From: a virus
DNA: 43,214 nt
IMG/VR virus record: IMGVR_UViG_3300029576_000011
Reading direction: 5' to 3' (one strand)
The translations under genes and the position numbers were made by a program. Each line of letters opens with the position of its first letter. The stretch's first letter is position 1. Under the pieces are notes generated by a model, which saw only the letters and a list, made by a program, of their open reading frames with translations, did not search any database and was not told the origin of the DNA. This document shows, in pieces, positions 1 through 8,290 of this stretch.

Positions 1-99
1 CGAAAATGCTATCAATAAGAGTAACAAAGGGAAAACCCCTTGTTACTCTTATTTTTTTGTCGAAAGAACGAGAGATAAACAATGAAAGTTATGAACAGA
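1..99. repeat. Terminal direct repeat, copy 1 (99 bp, identical to 43116-43214)
   Basis: Hand comparison of both window ends. The repeat ends exactly at the window boundary and cuts the ORF starting at 82, as expected for an assembly overlap. Confidence 0.9.
17..58 (+). terminator. Rho-independent terminator downstream of the transposase gene (second copy at 43132-43173)
   Basis: AAGAGTAACAAAGGG (17-31) pairs with CCCCTTGTTACTCTT (36-50) with one mismatch; loop AAAA; followed by ATTTTTTT (51-58). Confidence 0.6.
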
Positions 100-891
100 G
101 AGGACGCATGGGCCGAAGTAAACAAGATTTTTCCGACCGATTATGAAAAGAATGGTGAGGCCAGCAACCGGGCGGGTTACCCAGTATACCGCAGTACCGC
201 AGGCGACATAAACGCATGGATCAGCGACATGGGGGACCGCCTGGAGGTGAACCTGCCGGACGGTAAGAGCGTAAACATCTGGATCGAGGAAAGCGAAGAA
301 GAACAGAAAAACGAGCAGTCAGCCATGCCGCATTATGGAGAAATGCTAAGTAAACAGATCCGCGACACGGCAGACACTGGGAAACTGACGGCATTTGAAA
401 AGTTCGTGCTGGATCGTGGTTGGCTGTTTTCCACCGAGGAGAGCCTGAAAGCCGGATATGATCGGGTGTGGAAATCAAGCCACGGGATCATGATTACACA
501 GGAGGAGTTTCTGGCGGAGGCAAATCTGCGTAGAAAACACGCAAATGCAGCCGAAACATACAATGCCCTGGCGGCCATGGTGGCAGAAAAAAAGCTGGAG
601 CCAAGCGGCGTTTTAGGGTATGCGGTGTTTGGCTGGTGTCTGGACAGGCCGGACGCCGTGGAGGCATACCAAACTGACAGAACAAGGTGGAGCGTGAACA
701 ACTGTGAAACCGAAATTACCACCGCAGAGGCTGTACTGGAAGTCAATAGAGAATGGGGGTTCGAGGCAGGGCGGATTGTTGTTCAGGGCGTGGCCTACTA
801 CGAAAGCACAGACTGGAATTGGATCCGCTTTGACTGCGCGGGTATGTCCTGGCTGATGTGTAACGGATCTCTGTACCAAGTTTGGCATTAA
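82..891 (+). CDS. hypothetical protein (269 aa)
   Basis: Long ORF on the dominant strand, downstream of promoter-like TTGACA-17-TATCAA at 43102-43130; no motif recognised. Confidence 0.55.
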   Translation: MKVMNREDAWAEVNKIFPTDYEKNGEASNRAGYPVYRSTAGDINAWISDMGDRLEVNLPDGKSVNIWIEESEEEQKNEQSAMPHYGEMLSKQIRDTADTGKLTAFEKFVLDRGWLFSTEESLKAGYDRVWKSSHGIMITQEEFLAEANLRRKHANAAETYNALAAMVAEKKLEPSGVLGYAVFGWCLDRPDAVEAYQTDRTRWSVNNCETEITTAEAVLEVNREWGFEAGRIVVQGVAYYESTDWNWIRFDCAGMSWLMCNGSLYQVWH

Positions 892-948
892 AGACATACT
901 GCGGGCGGTGAACACCGCCCGCAACAAAGAATCGGAGGTGAAAAAGCC

Positions 949-1200
949 ATGAGTGAAAAATACATTAGCCCCGCCGAACGGGAGTATATCGCCAAGGCGT
1001 GGCGCAATTACGCGAGTGTGGCGGAGATCGCCACGCACCTGGGGAAATCCAGAAAAACGATCTACGCAGAATTACGGAGAGGCCAGGACGGTGAAAAGCT
1101 GGACCGGAACCAGCGCCCTGTCTATGACCCGGAACTGGCGCAGCGCCGTTTCCAGGCTAACCTCCGACGCAGAGGCAAGCCACAGCAAGCGGGCACCTGA
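949..1200 (+). CDS. small HTH DNA-binding protein resembling the N-terminal HTH of IS30-family transposases
   Basis: SVAEIATHLGKSRKTIYAELRRG parallels TMREIGAALHVSAATVCREIKRG of the transposase at 42021-43070; GGAGGTG 8 nt upstream of the ATG. Confidence 0.6.
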   Translation: MSEKYISPAEREYIAKAWRNYASVAEIATHLGKSRKTIYAELRRGQDGEKLDRNQRPVYDPELAQRRFQANLRRRGKPQQAGT

Positions 1201-1223
1201 TACGGACGCGAGAGGTGAACGCC

Positions 1224-1448
1224 ATGGACGACAGAAGCACAGCCATTTCCGCGGCGGAGGTGGCGGACGACGGGGCGGAGATCGCGGCGGCGGTCAAAGT
1301 GGCCAAGGCTTTCCGGGACAAGCTGGAGGCCGCCGGGATCTCCTACCACAAATTGCTGGCGCTGGAGGAAGCGCGGCGCGACATGAACGACCTGGCCCAC
1401 CATATCCTGCTGGGCTGGGAGAATGGGGAGGGTTTTCCGCATGAATGA
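1224..1448 (+). CDS. hypothetical protein (74 aa)
   Basis: ATG 1224 lies 8 nt after AGAGG; tightly packed with neighbours; no motif recognised. Confidence 0.45.
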   Translation: MDDRSTAISAAEVADDGAEIAAAVKVAKAFRDKLEAAGISYHKLLALEEARRDMNDLAHHILLGWENGEGFPHE

Positions 1449-1758
1449 AAACACTATGCTGGTGCCGCAGATGGGCATAAACACGGAGCAGGCCACGGCG
1501 AACTGTGAGGAACTGGCCAAGGCGATCCGCGAGATTACGGCGGGCGTTCTGACCACGGTAAACAGTTTCTGCAGATGGATCCAGCGGGTGGCGGCGGAGG
1601 TGGCAGCACAGCAGGAAATGGAAATGGCGCTGCGCTGGGCGTCGGTTGACAACCACCCGCTTTATAACCGCTACCGCCACACCAAAAAGAAGCGGATCCG
1701 CAAGAAGTACGCCAAGCGGATCCTGGAGTGGTACAGAACGGAGGTGGCCCCGTGTTGA
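1441..1758 (+). CDS. hypothetical protein (105 aa)
   Basis: ATG 1441 overlaps the upstream stop (ATGAATGA); GGGAGG 9 nt upstream. Confidence 0.45.
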   Translation: MNENTMLVPQMGINTEQATANCEELAKAIREITAGVLTTVNSFCRWIQRVAAEVAAQQEMEMALRWASVDNHPLYNRYRHTKKKRIRKKYAKRILEWYRTEVAPC

Positions 1759-2081
1759 GGCTGAAAGCCAACAAAACCAGCCTTTACAATCTGGTGGCGA
1801 CATACAAGCCCCTGCCGGGTATGCGCCGCGTGGATTTCCAGAAAGCGAATGGCCGCCCGGACTACTGGCTGGAATGGACGACGGACGACGGCCACACGAA
1901 AGCGTTTCTTTCCTCCTCCCTGGGGCACCCGATCCTGACGATCACGACGCACGACGCGGCGGGCGGGCAGCTGTACCATGAGGCGCACCGCCTTTCCGTT
2001 GAGGGCCTGCGGGAGCGCGGCATGGTGGAGGAAGTCACCACCGCCATGGAGAGGAGGCGGCAGGCGCATGGCAGAGCGTAA
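1752..2081 (+). CDS. hypothetical protein (109 aa)
   Basis: GTG 1752 lies 6 nt after GGAGGT and overlaps the upstream stop. Confidence 0.45.
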   Translation: MLRLKANKTSLYNLVATYKPLPGMRRVDFQKANGRPDYWLEWTTDDGHTKAFLSSSLGHPILTITTHDAAGGQLYHEAHRLSVEGLRERGMVEEVTTAMERRRQAHGRA

Positions 2082-2322
2082 CGACATGACCGCGGCCATG
2101 GTGACGGCCTACACCTCCCCGCAGCTGGCCGCAATCAACGAATACCTGGAGGCGGAAAAGGCCGTCAGGGCTGCGGCTGAAATATTAGGGCTTGACGCGG
2201 ATCTGATGATTGCGGAGGCGGAGGGGCTGGCACGGGCTACGACATTTTCAAACGTGGAGGCCCTTTATTTCGTGGCAGATCAAGCCGCCAGCGGAAAGCG
2301 GGAGGTGAACGGCCATGCCTGA
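2068..2322 (+). CDS. hypothetical protein (84 aa)
   Basis: ATG 2068 follows GGAGG; overlaps both neighbours. Confidence 0.45.
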   Translation: MAERNDMTAAMVTAYTSPQLAAINEYLEAEKAVRAAAEILGLDADLMIAEAEGLARATTFSNVEALYFVADQAASGKREVNGHA

Positions 2323-2887
2323 CCATATCCCCCTCCCCGCCAAACAGTACAGCGTGATCTATGCGGATCCGCCGTGGGCATATTCCCAGGGAGGGAACAC
2401 GAAAAGTTCCCACGGGATTGCAAAACAGCATTACCCAACCATGACCACCGCGGAAATATGCGCCCTGCCGGTCCGCGAAATCGTCCGAGAGGGGGCAGCC
2501 TGCTTTATGTGGGCAACGTTCCCCAATATCACGGAGGCCATAAAGGTCATGGAGGCGTGGGGCTTTACATACAAAACCGCGGCTTTCGTGTGGGTCAAAA
2601 AGAACCGCAAGCAGGGCGGCAATTTCATGGGGCTGGGTGCCTACACCCGCGCAAACGCGGAGGTTTGCCTGCTGGGCGTCACGCCGGGCTTTAAGGCCAA
2701 GACACAGATCCGCGCCCACAATGTCCACCAGATTATAGAAGCCCCGTTCGAGGGGCACAGCAAGAAGCCGGACGAAACCCGCCGGCGGATCGTGGAACTG
2801 CTGGGCGACGTGCCCAGGCTGGAAATGTTCGCCCGCCAGAGGGCTGACGGCTGGGACGCCTGGGGCAACGAAGCCCCGGAAGCATAG
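2315..2887 (+). CDS. MT-A70 family N6-adenine DNA methyltransferase
   Basis: Catalytic DPPW motif (VIYADPPWAY); size and layout typical of phage MT-A70 methylases. Confidence 0.85.
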   Translation: MPDHIPLPAKQYSVIYADPPWAYSQGGNTKSSHGIAKQHYPTMTTAEICALPVREIVREGAACFMWATFPNITEAIKVMEAWGFTYKTAAFVWVKKNRKQGGNFMGLGAYTRANAEVCLLGVTPGFKAKTQIRAHNVHQIIEAPFEGHSKKPDETRRRIVELLGDVPRLEMFARQRADGWDAWGNEAPEA

Positions 2888-2899
2888 GAGGAACGGCAA

Positions 2900-3544
2900 A
2901 TGTCTGATTTTTTAGAGAGAAACGGGCTGCAAACCGTGGCCCAACATTTCAAGGATCTGTTTCTGGCCAGCGTCCACCGCGACGGTGCGGAGGAACTGCT
3001 GGAGCGCCTGGAGAATGAAACGGACTTTTTCGAGGCCCCGGCGGGAGCCAAGCACCACGGCGCTTTCCCCGGTGGCCTGGTTATTCACAGCCTGAACGTT
3101 TACCGTCGTCTGCGGGAAATCACGATCCGCGACCTGACGCCCAGGGACGCGCTGGGGCCTGCCCCCATCTCCGAGCGGGAGGAGGAAACCGTGGCGATCC
3201 TGGGGCTGCTGCATGACGTGTGCAAGGCAGGCGTGTACCACATTGAAAGAAAACGCCGCAGGAACCCGGAAACGGGTGTGTGGGAGGACTACCTGGGTTA
3301 TACGTTCCGGGATCCCCTCCCCCTGGGGCACGGAGAAAAGAGCCTGTACCAGATCGCCCGCTTTATCCGCCTGGAGGATCACGAAGCCCTGGCAATCCGC
3401 TGGCACATGGGAGCCTATGACACGGCGGCCCGCACAGACCTGCGGGACCTGTCCGCGGCCATGGACGCAACGCCATGGGTGTGGCGGCTGCATGAGGCTG
3501 ATATGTGCGCCGCCCATATTGACGAAAGGGGCACGGACGAATGA
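2900..3544 (+). CDS. HD-domain phosphohydrolase
   Basis: H...HD...D metal-binding pattern (KHHGAFPGGLVIHS; GLLHDVCK); AGGAGG RBS. Confidence 0.7.
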   Translation: MSDFLERNGLQTVAQHFKDLFLASVHRDGAEELLERLENETDFFEAPAGAKHHGAFPGGLVIHSLNVYRRLREITIRDLTPRDALGPAPISEREEETVAILGLLHDVCKAGVYHIERKRRRNPETGVWEDYLGYTFRDPLPLGHGEKSLYQIARFIRLEDHEALAIRWHMGAYDTAARTDLRDLSAAMDATPWVWRLHEADMCAAHIDERGTDE

Positions 3545-3720
3545 CAAAGCTGCTATGTAAGCCCTGCGCCGTCGATCTGGCGGCCAGGGGTAAAACTGTA
3601 AAACCCGTCGCGCAGAGGTGTGAGAAAATCACCTGTTCGGAGTGCGGACGCCGCCGGTTCGGTATCACCTATGAGGTGACCGGGCGGGCCACCAGAAAAA
3701 AGGAGGTAACGAAGAAATGA
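3541..3720 (+). CDS. small zinc-ribbon-like protein (59 aa, below the ORF-track cutoff)
   Basis: MTKLLCKPCAVDL...ITCSECGRRRF has two CxxC pairs; ATGA start/stop overlaps at both ends (3541-3544 and 3717-3720). Confidence 0.4.
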   Translation: MTKLLCKPCAVDLAARGKTVKPVAQRCEKITCSECGRRRFGITYEVTGRATRKKEVTKK

Positions 3721-4646
3721 GCCAGAAAGGCGAAAAATACGCCCGCCGCATGGAGCGGCGCGTGGACAAGCTGGAGCAGGACGTGGCGGCCATCACCACC
3801 GAGCAGACCACCCAGGGGGTGCGGATCTCTGCCGTGGAGGACGATCTGGCCGTTTACCGGGCGGCGGTGTCCGCCCGTGAGTTGAAACAGGCCGCGGCGG
3901 AGGTCAAGGCGGCCAAGGAGCGCAGAACCGCCCGCGCGGCGGAGCGGGAGCGCAAAGCCCGCCGGCGCAATAAGGTTCTGGCCTTTATCGCCCTGGCGCT
4001 GTTCGTTGCCGTCTGCGTGGTCATGGCGGCCAAGGCGTACAGCGAGGAACCGGCGGCGGAACCTGCCGCGCCGGAAGCGTCGGCGGCCCCGGCGGCAATC
4101 CTGCCCACGGAATTGCTGTTCACCGCGGCGGCGGAGGAGGAATACATGGAGGACCCGCAGGAAACGGAAAAGATCGAGGAGGCGCTGCTGGCGCAGGGTT
4201 ATTTCTCCCTGGCGGTTCCTATGCCATACGAATGGCAGGACTACATGAGGACGTACTGCGAGGAATACGGCTGCCCCTATCCTCTGGCCCTGGCGGTGGC
4301 ACAGACGGAAAGCAATTTCGACATGGACGCCGTGGGCGCCTCTGGTGAGGTGGGGATCATGCAGTTAAACCCAGGCCCCGGCGGTTCCTACCATGCGGAG
4401 ATCCAGGCAGCCACGGGGCTGGACCCCACCACCACCTCCGGGAATATCGCGGGCGGCTGCTACAAGCTGGGCCTGTATCTGGCCAAGTATGGCAGCGTCG
4501 AAAAGGCCGCCATGGCCTACAACATGGGCGAGGGCGGCGCGAAAAACGCATGGGCCGGTGGGATCACCTCCACCAACTACTCCAGGACGGTCAAGGAGGC
4601 CATGGAAACATGGGAATGTACGGTGAACGCCTGGGGCGGGGTGTAA
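3717..4646 (+). CDS. membrane-anchored lytic transglycosylase (SLT domain)
   Basis: AVAQTESNFDMDAVGASGEVGIMQLNP ... AYNMG is an SLT signature; N-terminal coiled coil, one TM helix (VLAFIALALFVAVCVVMAA), Ala/Pro/Glu linker. Confidence 0.75.
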   Translation: MSQKGEKYARRMERRVDKLEQDVAAITTEQTTQGVRISAVEDDLAVYRAAVSARELKQAAAEVKAAKERRTARAAERERKARRRNKVLAFIALALFVAVCVVMAAKAYSEEPAAEPAAPEASAAPAAILPTELLFTAAAEEEYMEDPQETEKIEEALLAQGYFSLAVPMPYEWQDYMRTYCEEYGCPYPLALAVAQTESNFDMDAVGASGEVGIMQLNPGPGGSYHAEIQAATGLDPTTTSGNIAGGCYKLGLYLAKYGSVEKAAMAYNMGEGGAKNAWAGGITSTNYSRTVKEAMETWECTVNAWGGV

Positions 4647-4897
4647 CCCGCGAGGCCGCCCGCAAGTATGAAACGTCTGTGACGGAGCGGGCACGGCGGG
4701 AACGCTGGCAGGCCAGCGGCTGCGCCAGAGTGGTAAGCCGGAAATATGGCACCGTCGTGGTGCCGCACGGTTCCAATTTTGCCGCCCTGCTGAACGCGGC
4801 GGAGGTTTGGGGCTGTGACTGGACAGAAATACGGGACGCAGAGGTGTGGAGGGCCGACAAGGAGGAAAGGCCGGTGCCTATGCCGCACCTTATATAA
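4610..4897 (+). CDS. hypothetical protein (95 aa)
   Basis: ATG 4610 lies 10 nt after AAGGAGG; overlaps the end of the SLT gene. Confidence 0.4.
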   Translation: MGMYGERLGRGVTREAARKYETSVTERARRERWQASGCARVVSRKYGTVVVPHGSNFAALLNAAEVWGCDWTEIRDAEVWRADKEERPVPMPHLI

Positions 4898-4911
4898 AAG
4901 GAGGGTTTCAA

Positions 4912-5499
4912 ATGCTGATTAACGAGGGCGGGCTGATCCGCGCCATCAAAAGAGCCTACAAAGCGGGCGGGTACACCGTCCTGAACACCGGCAACGACGT
5001 GGCCATTTACACGGATCACTGGTTTGCCATGGCCAACCGCGCCCTGCTGCCGCGCAAGGTGCTGGCCACCATCGTGGAACACATGGGCATGATCCCGGAG
5101 CGAGATATGCCCACGTCGATCATTAAGGACACGGAGCCGCAGCTGGTTTTAAGAGAAACGGCGGCGGACGATATGGATCACTGGCGCGGCGGTGACCGCG
5201 GCGAGGAGGTCACCATGGTGCCGGTGATTATGCAGGGGTTCCAGATTTACCAGCCGCCCGGCGGCGGTGCCTGCTGGGGTGTCCCCCTGTACCTGGTGGA
5301 CATGATCGAGCGGGATCCAGCGGAGCATATCGGCGCGGACGTGATCGACAAGGACCGCCTGCTGTGGGAGGCTGACGGTGAGGCCGTGGTGATTAACGCA
5401 GTACGGAAAGCCTGTTCCGGCTGGGCAAAGGAATGGGAGCGGGCCGTGTGGAACGCCCTGGAGGGTGTGGACCTCCACAAAGAGGAGGCCGGGCGGTGA
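4912..5499 (+). CDS. hypothetical protein (195 aa)
   Basis: ATG 4912 follows AAAGGAGGG; no motif recognised. Confidence 0.5.
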   Translation: MLINEGGLIRAIKRAYKAGGYTVLNTGNDVAIYTDHWFAMANRALLPRKVLATIVEHMGMIPERDMPTSIIKDTEPQLVLRETAADDMDHWRGGDRGEEVTMVPVIMQGFQIYQPPGGGACWGVPLYLVDMIERDPAEHIGADVIDKDRLLWEADGEAVVINAVRKACSGWAKEWERAVWNALEGVDLHKEEAGR

Positions 5500-5882
5500 A
5501 TAACTTTGAAAGGATCACGGCCTCCCCGGAGGCCCTGGGTGACTTTATGGGCGCCCTCCCTATCCTGCCAGGCCCGTGGGACGACGATTTCCACCGGGTA
5601 TTTTGTGACAGCTGCGACGCGGAGAACTGCGACGCTGAAAACTGCGCCCACCAAGCTGAACGGAATAGCCCTACCTGGTGGCTGAAACGGGCATACACCG
5701 GCAGCGGCCCGGTTAAGACTGACAGCACGAACCCATATAAGCGGCAGGCCGCAGACCTCCGCCTGGAGGCCATGCACCAGCGGGACCGTTTTGGCCGGAA
5801 CCTCCTGGCCACGGAACTGGAGGAAGCGGCGGCCACCATTGAGGCCCTGGCGGAGAAATTGGAGGCGCCCGCCAATGGCTGA
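5496..5882 (+). CDS. hypothetical protein (128 aa) with tandem [10 protein letters not shown]
   Basis: GTG 5496 in a GTGA overlap with the upstream stop; AGAGGAGG 8 nt upstream. Confidence 0.45.
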   Translation: MNNFERITASPEALGDFMGALPILPGPWDDDFHRVFCDSCDAENCDAENCAHQAERNSPTWWLKRAYTGSGPVKTDSTNPYKRQAADLRLEAMHQRDRFGRNLLATELEEAAATIEALAEKLEAPANG

Positions 5883-6825
5883 AATAATCCTGACAGGCGA
5901 CGCGCTGGAGCAACTGCGGCATTTACCGCCCGAAAGCGTCCATACCTGCGTCACCTCCCCGCCCTACTATAATTTGCGAGATTATGGCGCGGCGGGTCAA
6001 ATCGGAAACGAGGCCAGCGTGGAGGAATACCTGCAATCGCTGGTTTCCGTTTTCCGTGAGGTCCGGCGGGTTCTGCGGGCAGACGGAACCCTGTGGGTGA
6101 ACATGGGCGACAGTTACGCCACCAGATCAGGAAGCCAGCCGCCGACGAACACCCGTAATTCCTGCGGTCACACGGCAAAGCATACGCCGCGGGGCTACAA
6201 ATACAAAGACCTGATCGGCGTTCCCTGGCAGCTGGCTTTTGCCCTCCGGGCAGACGGGTGGTATTTGCGCCAGGATATTATATGGAACAAATCCAACTGT
6301 ATGCCGGAGAGCGCCCGGGATCGCTGCACCAAGAGCCACGAATATATTTTCCTGCTTTCCAAATCGGAACGCTATTATTTCGACGCGGCGGCAATCAGCG
6401 AACCCGTTACGTCAACCAAGGGAAACGCCAGGACGTTCCGCGGCGGCGGTGCCTACACCGGCGGGCGGTCACATGACAACAGCGCCCAGGTGGAGCGCGA
6501 GAGCCACGGGAACCGAGAAAACCAGACAGGCCGCCGGAACAAGCGGGACGTGTGGACCGTAAGCACAAACGGCTTTCGCGGCGCCCATTTTGCCGTGTTT
6601 CCTGAAAAGCTGATTGAACCCTGTATTTTAGCAGGCAGCCCATTGGGCGGCACGGTTCTGGATCCGTTCGCCGGGAGCGGCACCACCGGAGTGGTGGCCA
6701 AACGCCTGTGGCGCGATTTCATAGGCTGCGAGATCAACCCCGACTATGCACAAATGGCAACCGAAAGAATATTCGACACGCCGCAAGGAGGACAATGTGG
6801 AAATAACTGTAAAAATGACGGTTGA
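5875..6825 (+). CDS. beta-class amino DNA methyltransferase (N4-cytosine or N6-adenine)
   Basis: Motif IV TSPPYYN near the N-terminus and motif [14 protein letters not shown] near the C-terminus. SPPY rather than DPPY favours N4-cytosine, but this is not decisive. Confidence 0.85.
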   Translation: MAEIILTGDALEQLRHLPPESVHTCVTSPPYYNLRDYGAAGQIGNEASVEEYLQSLVSVFREVRRVLRADGTLWVNMGDSYATRSGSQPPTNTRNSCGHTAKHTPRGYKYKDLIGVPWQLAFALRADGWYLRQDIIWNKSNCMPESARDRCTKSHEYIFLLSKSERYYFDAAAISEPVTSTKGNARTFRGGGAYTGGRSHDNSAQVERESHGNRENQTGRRNKRDVWTVSTNGFRGAHFAVFPEKLIEPCILAGSPLGGTVLDPFAGSGTTGVVAKRLWRDFIGCEINPDYAQMATERIFDTPQGGQCGNNCKNDG

Positions 6826-7030
6826 GGAGTTCCAACAGTTTGTGGCCTGGCAGAAAGAACAGGACTACTACGAAAAGGAACTGGACAAGGAACTGAACAA
6901 GCGGGAAATACTGGCAAAGAAAACGTGCTGGGCCATCGACGCAGATCCGAAGAAGCCCGGCAAGGTCAAGATTATTGACCAGGAACACGCGGCGGAACTG
7001 TTGGAAATGGCCAAGGATTACCTGGCATAA
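6797..7030 (+). CDS. hypothetical protein (77 aa), coiled-coil-like
   Basis: GTG 6797 lies 5 nt after AAGGAGG and overlaps the methylase 3' end. Confidence 0.45.
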   Translation: MEITVKMTVEEFQQFVAWQKEQDYYEKELDKELNKREILAKKTCWAIDADPKKPGKVKIIDQEHAAELLEMAKDYLA

Positions 7031-7038
7031 AAAGAAAG

Positions 7039-7078
7039 CCACCTGCGCCCGGTGCTGTCAACACGGCGCAGGTGGCAA
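7039..7078. other. 12-bp perfect-stem hairpin in the Rep-upstream intergenic region
   Basis: GCCACCTGCGCC (7039-7050) / GGCGCAGGTGGC (7067-7078), 16-nt loop. The T-tract is on the minus-strand side only (AAAAAGAAA precedes it on +). Confidence 0.5.
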
Positions 7079-7226
7079 TATAGACGACGGAAAACCGTCC
7101 GATATACCTATATTATATCAGGTTCCCGGACGGAATACAAGCCGGAAAAAGCGACGGGGCCACGGCCCCGTATAGCGCCGGTAAGAGTGATTAGTAAAGC
7201 GACCAGCAGCAGAAAAGGAGGCACCC

Positions 7227-7976
7227 ATGGCCTACGTTCATAGGGTGGTGAAAGCTGGTCCGTGTGTCGAACACAAGAAAATGCAATCTTTCCGGGTTCA
7301 CACCAAAGGAGTGAAGCGCGGCCCAAATACCGGCCACACCACCGAGAAGCAGGAGCGGATCAACGAGCGGGTGGCAGAGGAACACCTGCGCTGGGATATA
7401 AACGCCAATTTCGGCCATAGGGATCTCCACGCCGTTCTACACTACTACGTCAAGGACAGTTCTTTCGAGGAGATCCTGGAGAACAAGGCCGCCTTTCTGC
7501 GGAACCTGCGGAAACTCTGCAAAAAGCGCGGGATCACGTTCAAGGCCGTGGTGGTCATAGAAACCAAGCGCATGACCAACCCGCACATTCACGTTATCAT
7601 TTCCCGCATGGATCCGGAGATCATCACGGAGGCGTGGGAGAATGTCCCAAGAGGCGGCGGAGGTATCAGCTTCAAGCCTATGGACAGGCGCGGCAACCAC
7701 TACAAGCTGGCCGCCTACCTGATGAAAGAAAGCCGTTCCACCATGGAGAGGTACAGAGAGATCGGCAAGCGTGGGAAGCGGTACAGCAAAACGCAGAACA
7801 TGGACAAGCCGGAAATCACATACACCGCCGTGCCTGCGTCCAGCTGGAGAAAGGACCCGAAAGCGAGAAAGGGCGCCGTGCTGTATAAGTTCGACGACGG
7901 ATCCACCTGCCGGAGCGGGTGGCATGAGATCAGCGGTTACCCATACCAGGAGTATTTCGAGATTTTCAACGAATAG
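7227..7976 (+). CDS. HUH-endonuclease superfamily protein (rolling-circle Rep / relaxase-like)
   Basis: NPHIHVIIS matches HUH plus hydrophobic residues; downstream KLAAYLMKE matches the catalytic YxxK motif; AAAGGAGG RBS; preceded by a 196-bp structured intergenic region. Confidence 0.55.
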   Translation: MAYVHRVVKAGPCVEHKKMQSFRVHTKGVKRGPNTGHTTEKQERINERVAEEHLRWDINANFGHRDLHAVLHYYVKDSSFEEILENKAAFLRNLRKLCKKRGITFKAVVVIETKRMTNPHIHVIISRMDPEIITEAWENVPRGGGGISFKPMDRRGNHYKLAAYLMKESRSTMERYREIGKRGKRYSKTQNMDKPEITYTAVPASSWRKDPKARKGAVLYKFDDGSTCRSGWHEISGYPYQEYFEIFNE

Positions 7977-7987
7977 GAGGGTTTTCT

Positions 7988-8290
7988 GTGAAAATCTACA
8001 TATCAGGCAAGATCACCGGGGACAGGCGTTATAAAGCCAAGTTCCGAGAGGTGGAAAAGAAGCTGGCGGCGGCGGGCCATATCGTACTGAACCCCGCCAC
8101 GGCGCCGGAGGGGCTGCGCCCCGTGGATTATATGCGCCTGTGTTTCGCCATGATGGAGGCGGCGGACGTGGTTCTGTTCATGCGGGACTACCAGGACAGC
8201 CGCGGCGCCATGCTGGAATGGGCGTGGTGCCAGTACGTTGGGAAACAGACCTGTTTCGACCTGGCGGCGTTTGGAGGGCCGGAAACATGA
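7988..8290 (+). CDS. DUF4406 / nucleoside 2-deoxyribosyltransferase-like protein
   Basis: The KIYISGKITGD N-terminus and ~100-aa size resemble the DUF4406 family; GTG start after AGGAGGG. Confidence 0.55.
   Translation: MKIYISGKITGDRRYKAKFREVEKKLAAAGHIVLNPATAPEGLRPVDYMRLCFAMMEAADVVLFMRDYQDSRGAMLEWAWCQYVGKQTCFDLAAFGGPET

Noticed and set aside
17-58. The long palindrome as an abutted IS30 IRL-IRR junction (attP-like site for the DDE transposase)
   Set aside because: A stem followed by seven T directly after the transposase stop is explained more simply as an intrinsic terminator. I have no independent IR sequence to compare. The idea is left as a note under the transposase finding.
1-99. Terminal 99-bp direct repeats as attL/attR, LTRs or phage direct terminal repeats
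   Set aside because: The repeat stops exactly at the window ends and interrupts a coding sequence, consistent with a circular-assembly overlap. There is no flanking host DNA.
901-922. GC-rich hairpin GCGGGCGG-TGAACA-CCGCCCGC after the first gene
   Set aside because: No U-tract follows and the next gene starts 27 nt later. It may be a weak pause or stability element but is not a supported terminator.
5606-5650. 15-bp tandem duplication TGCGACGC(G/T)GA(G/A)AAC encoding [10 protein letters not shown]
   Set aside because: A two-copy in-frame microduplication inside a hypothetical gene, with no evidence of function or variability.
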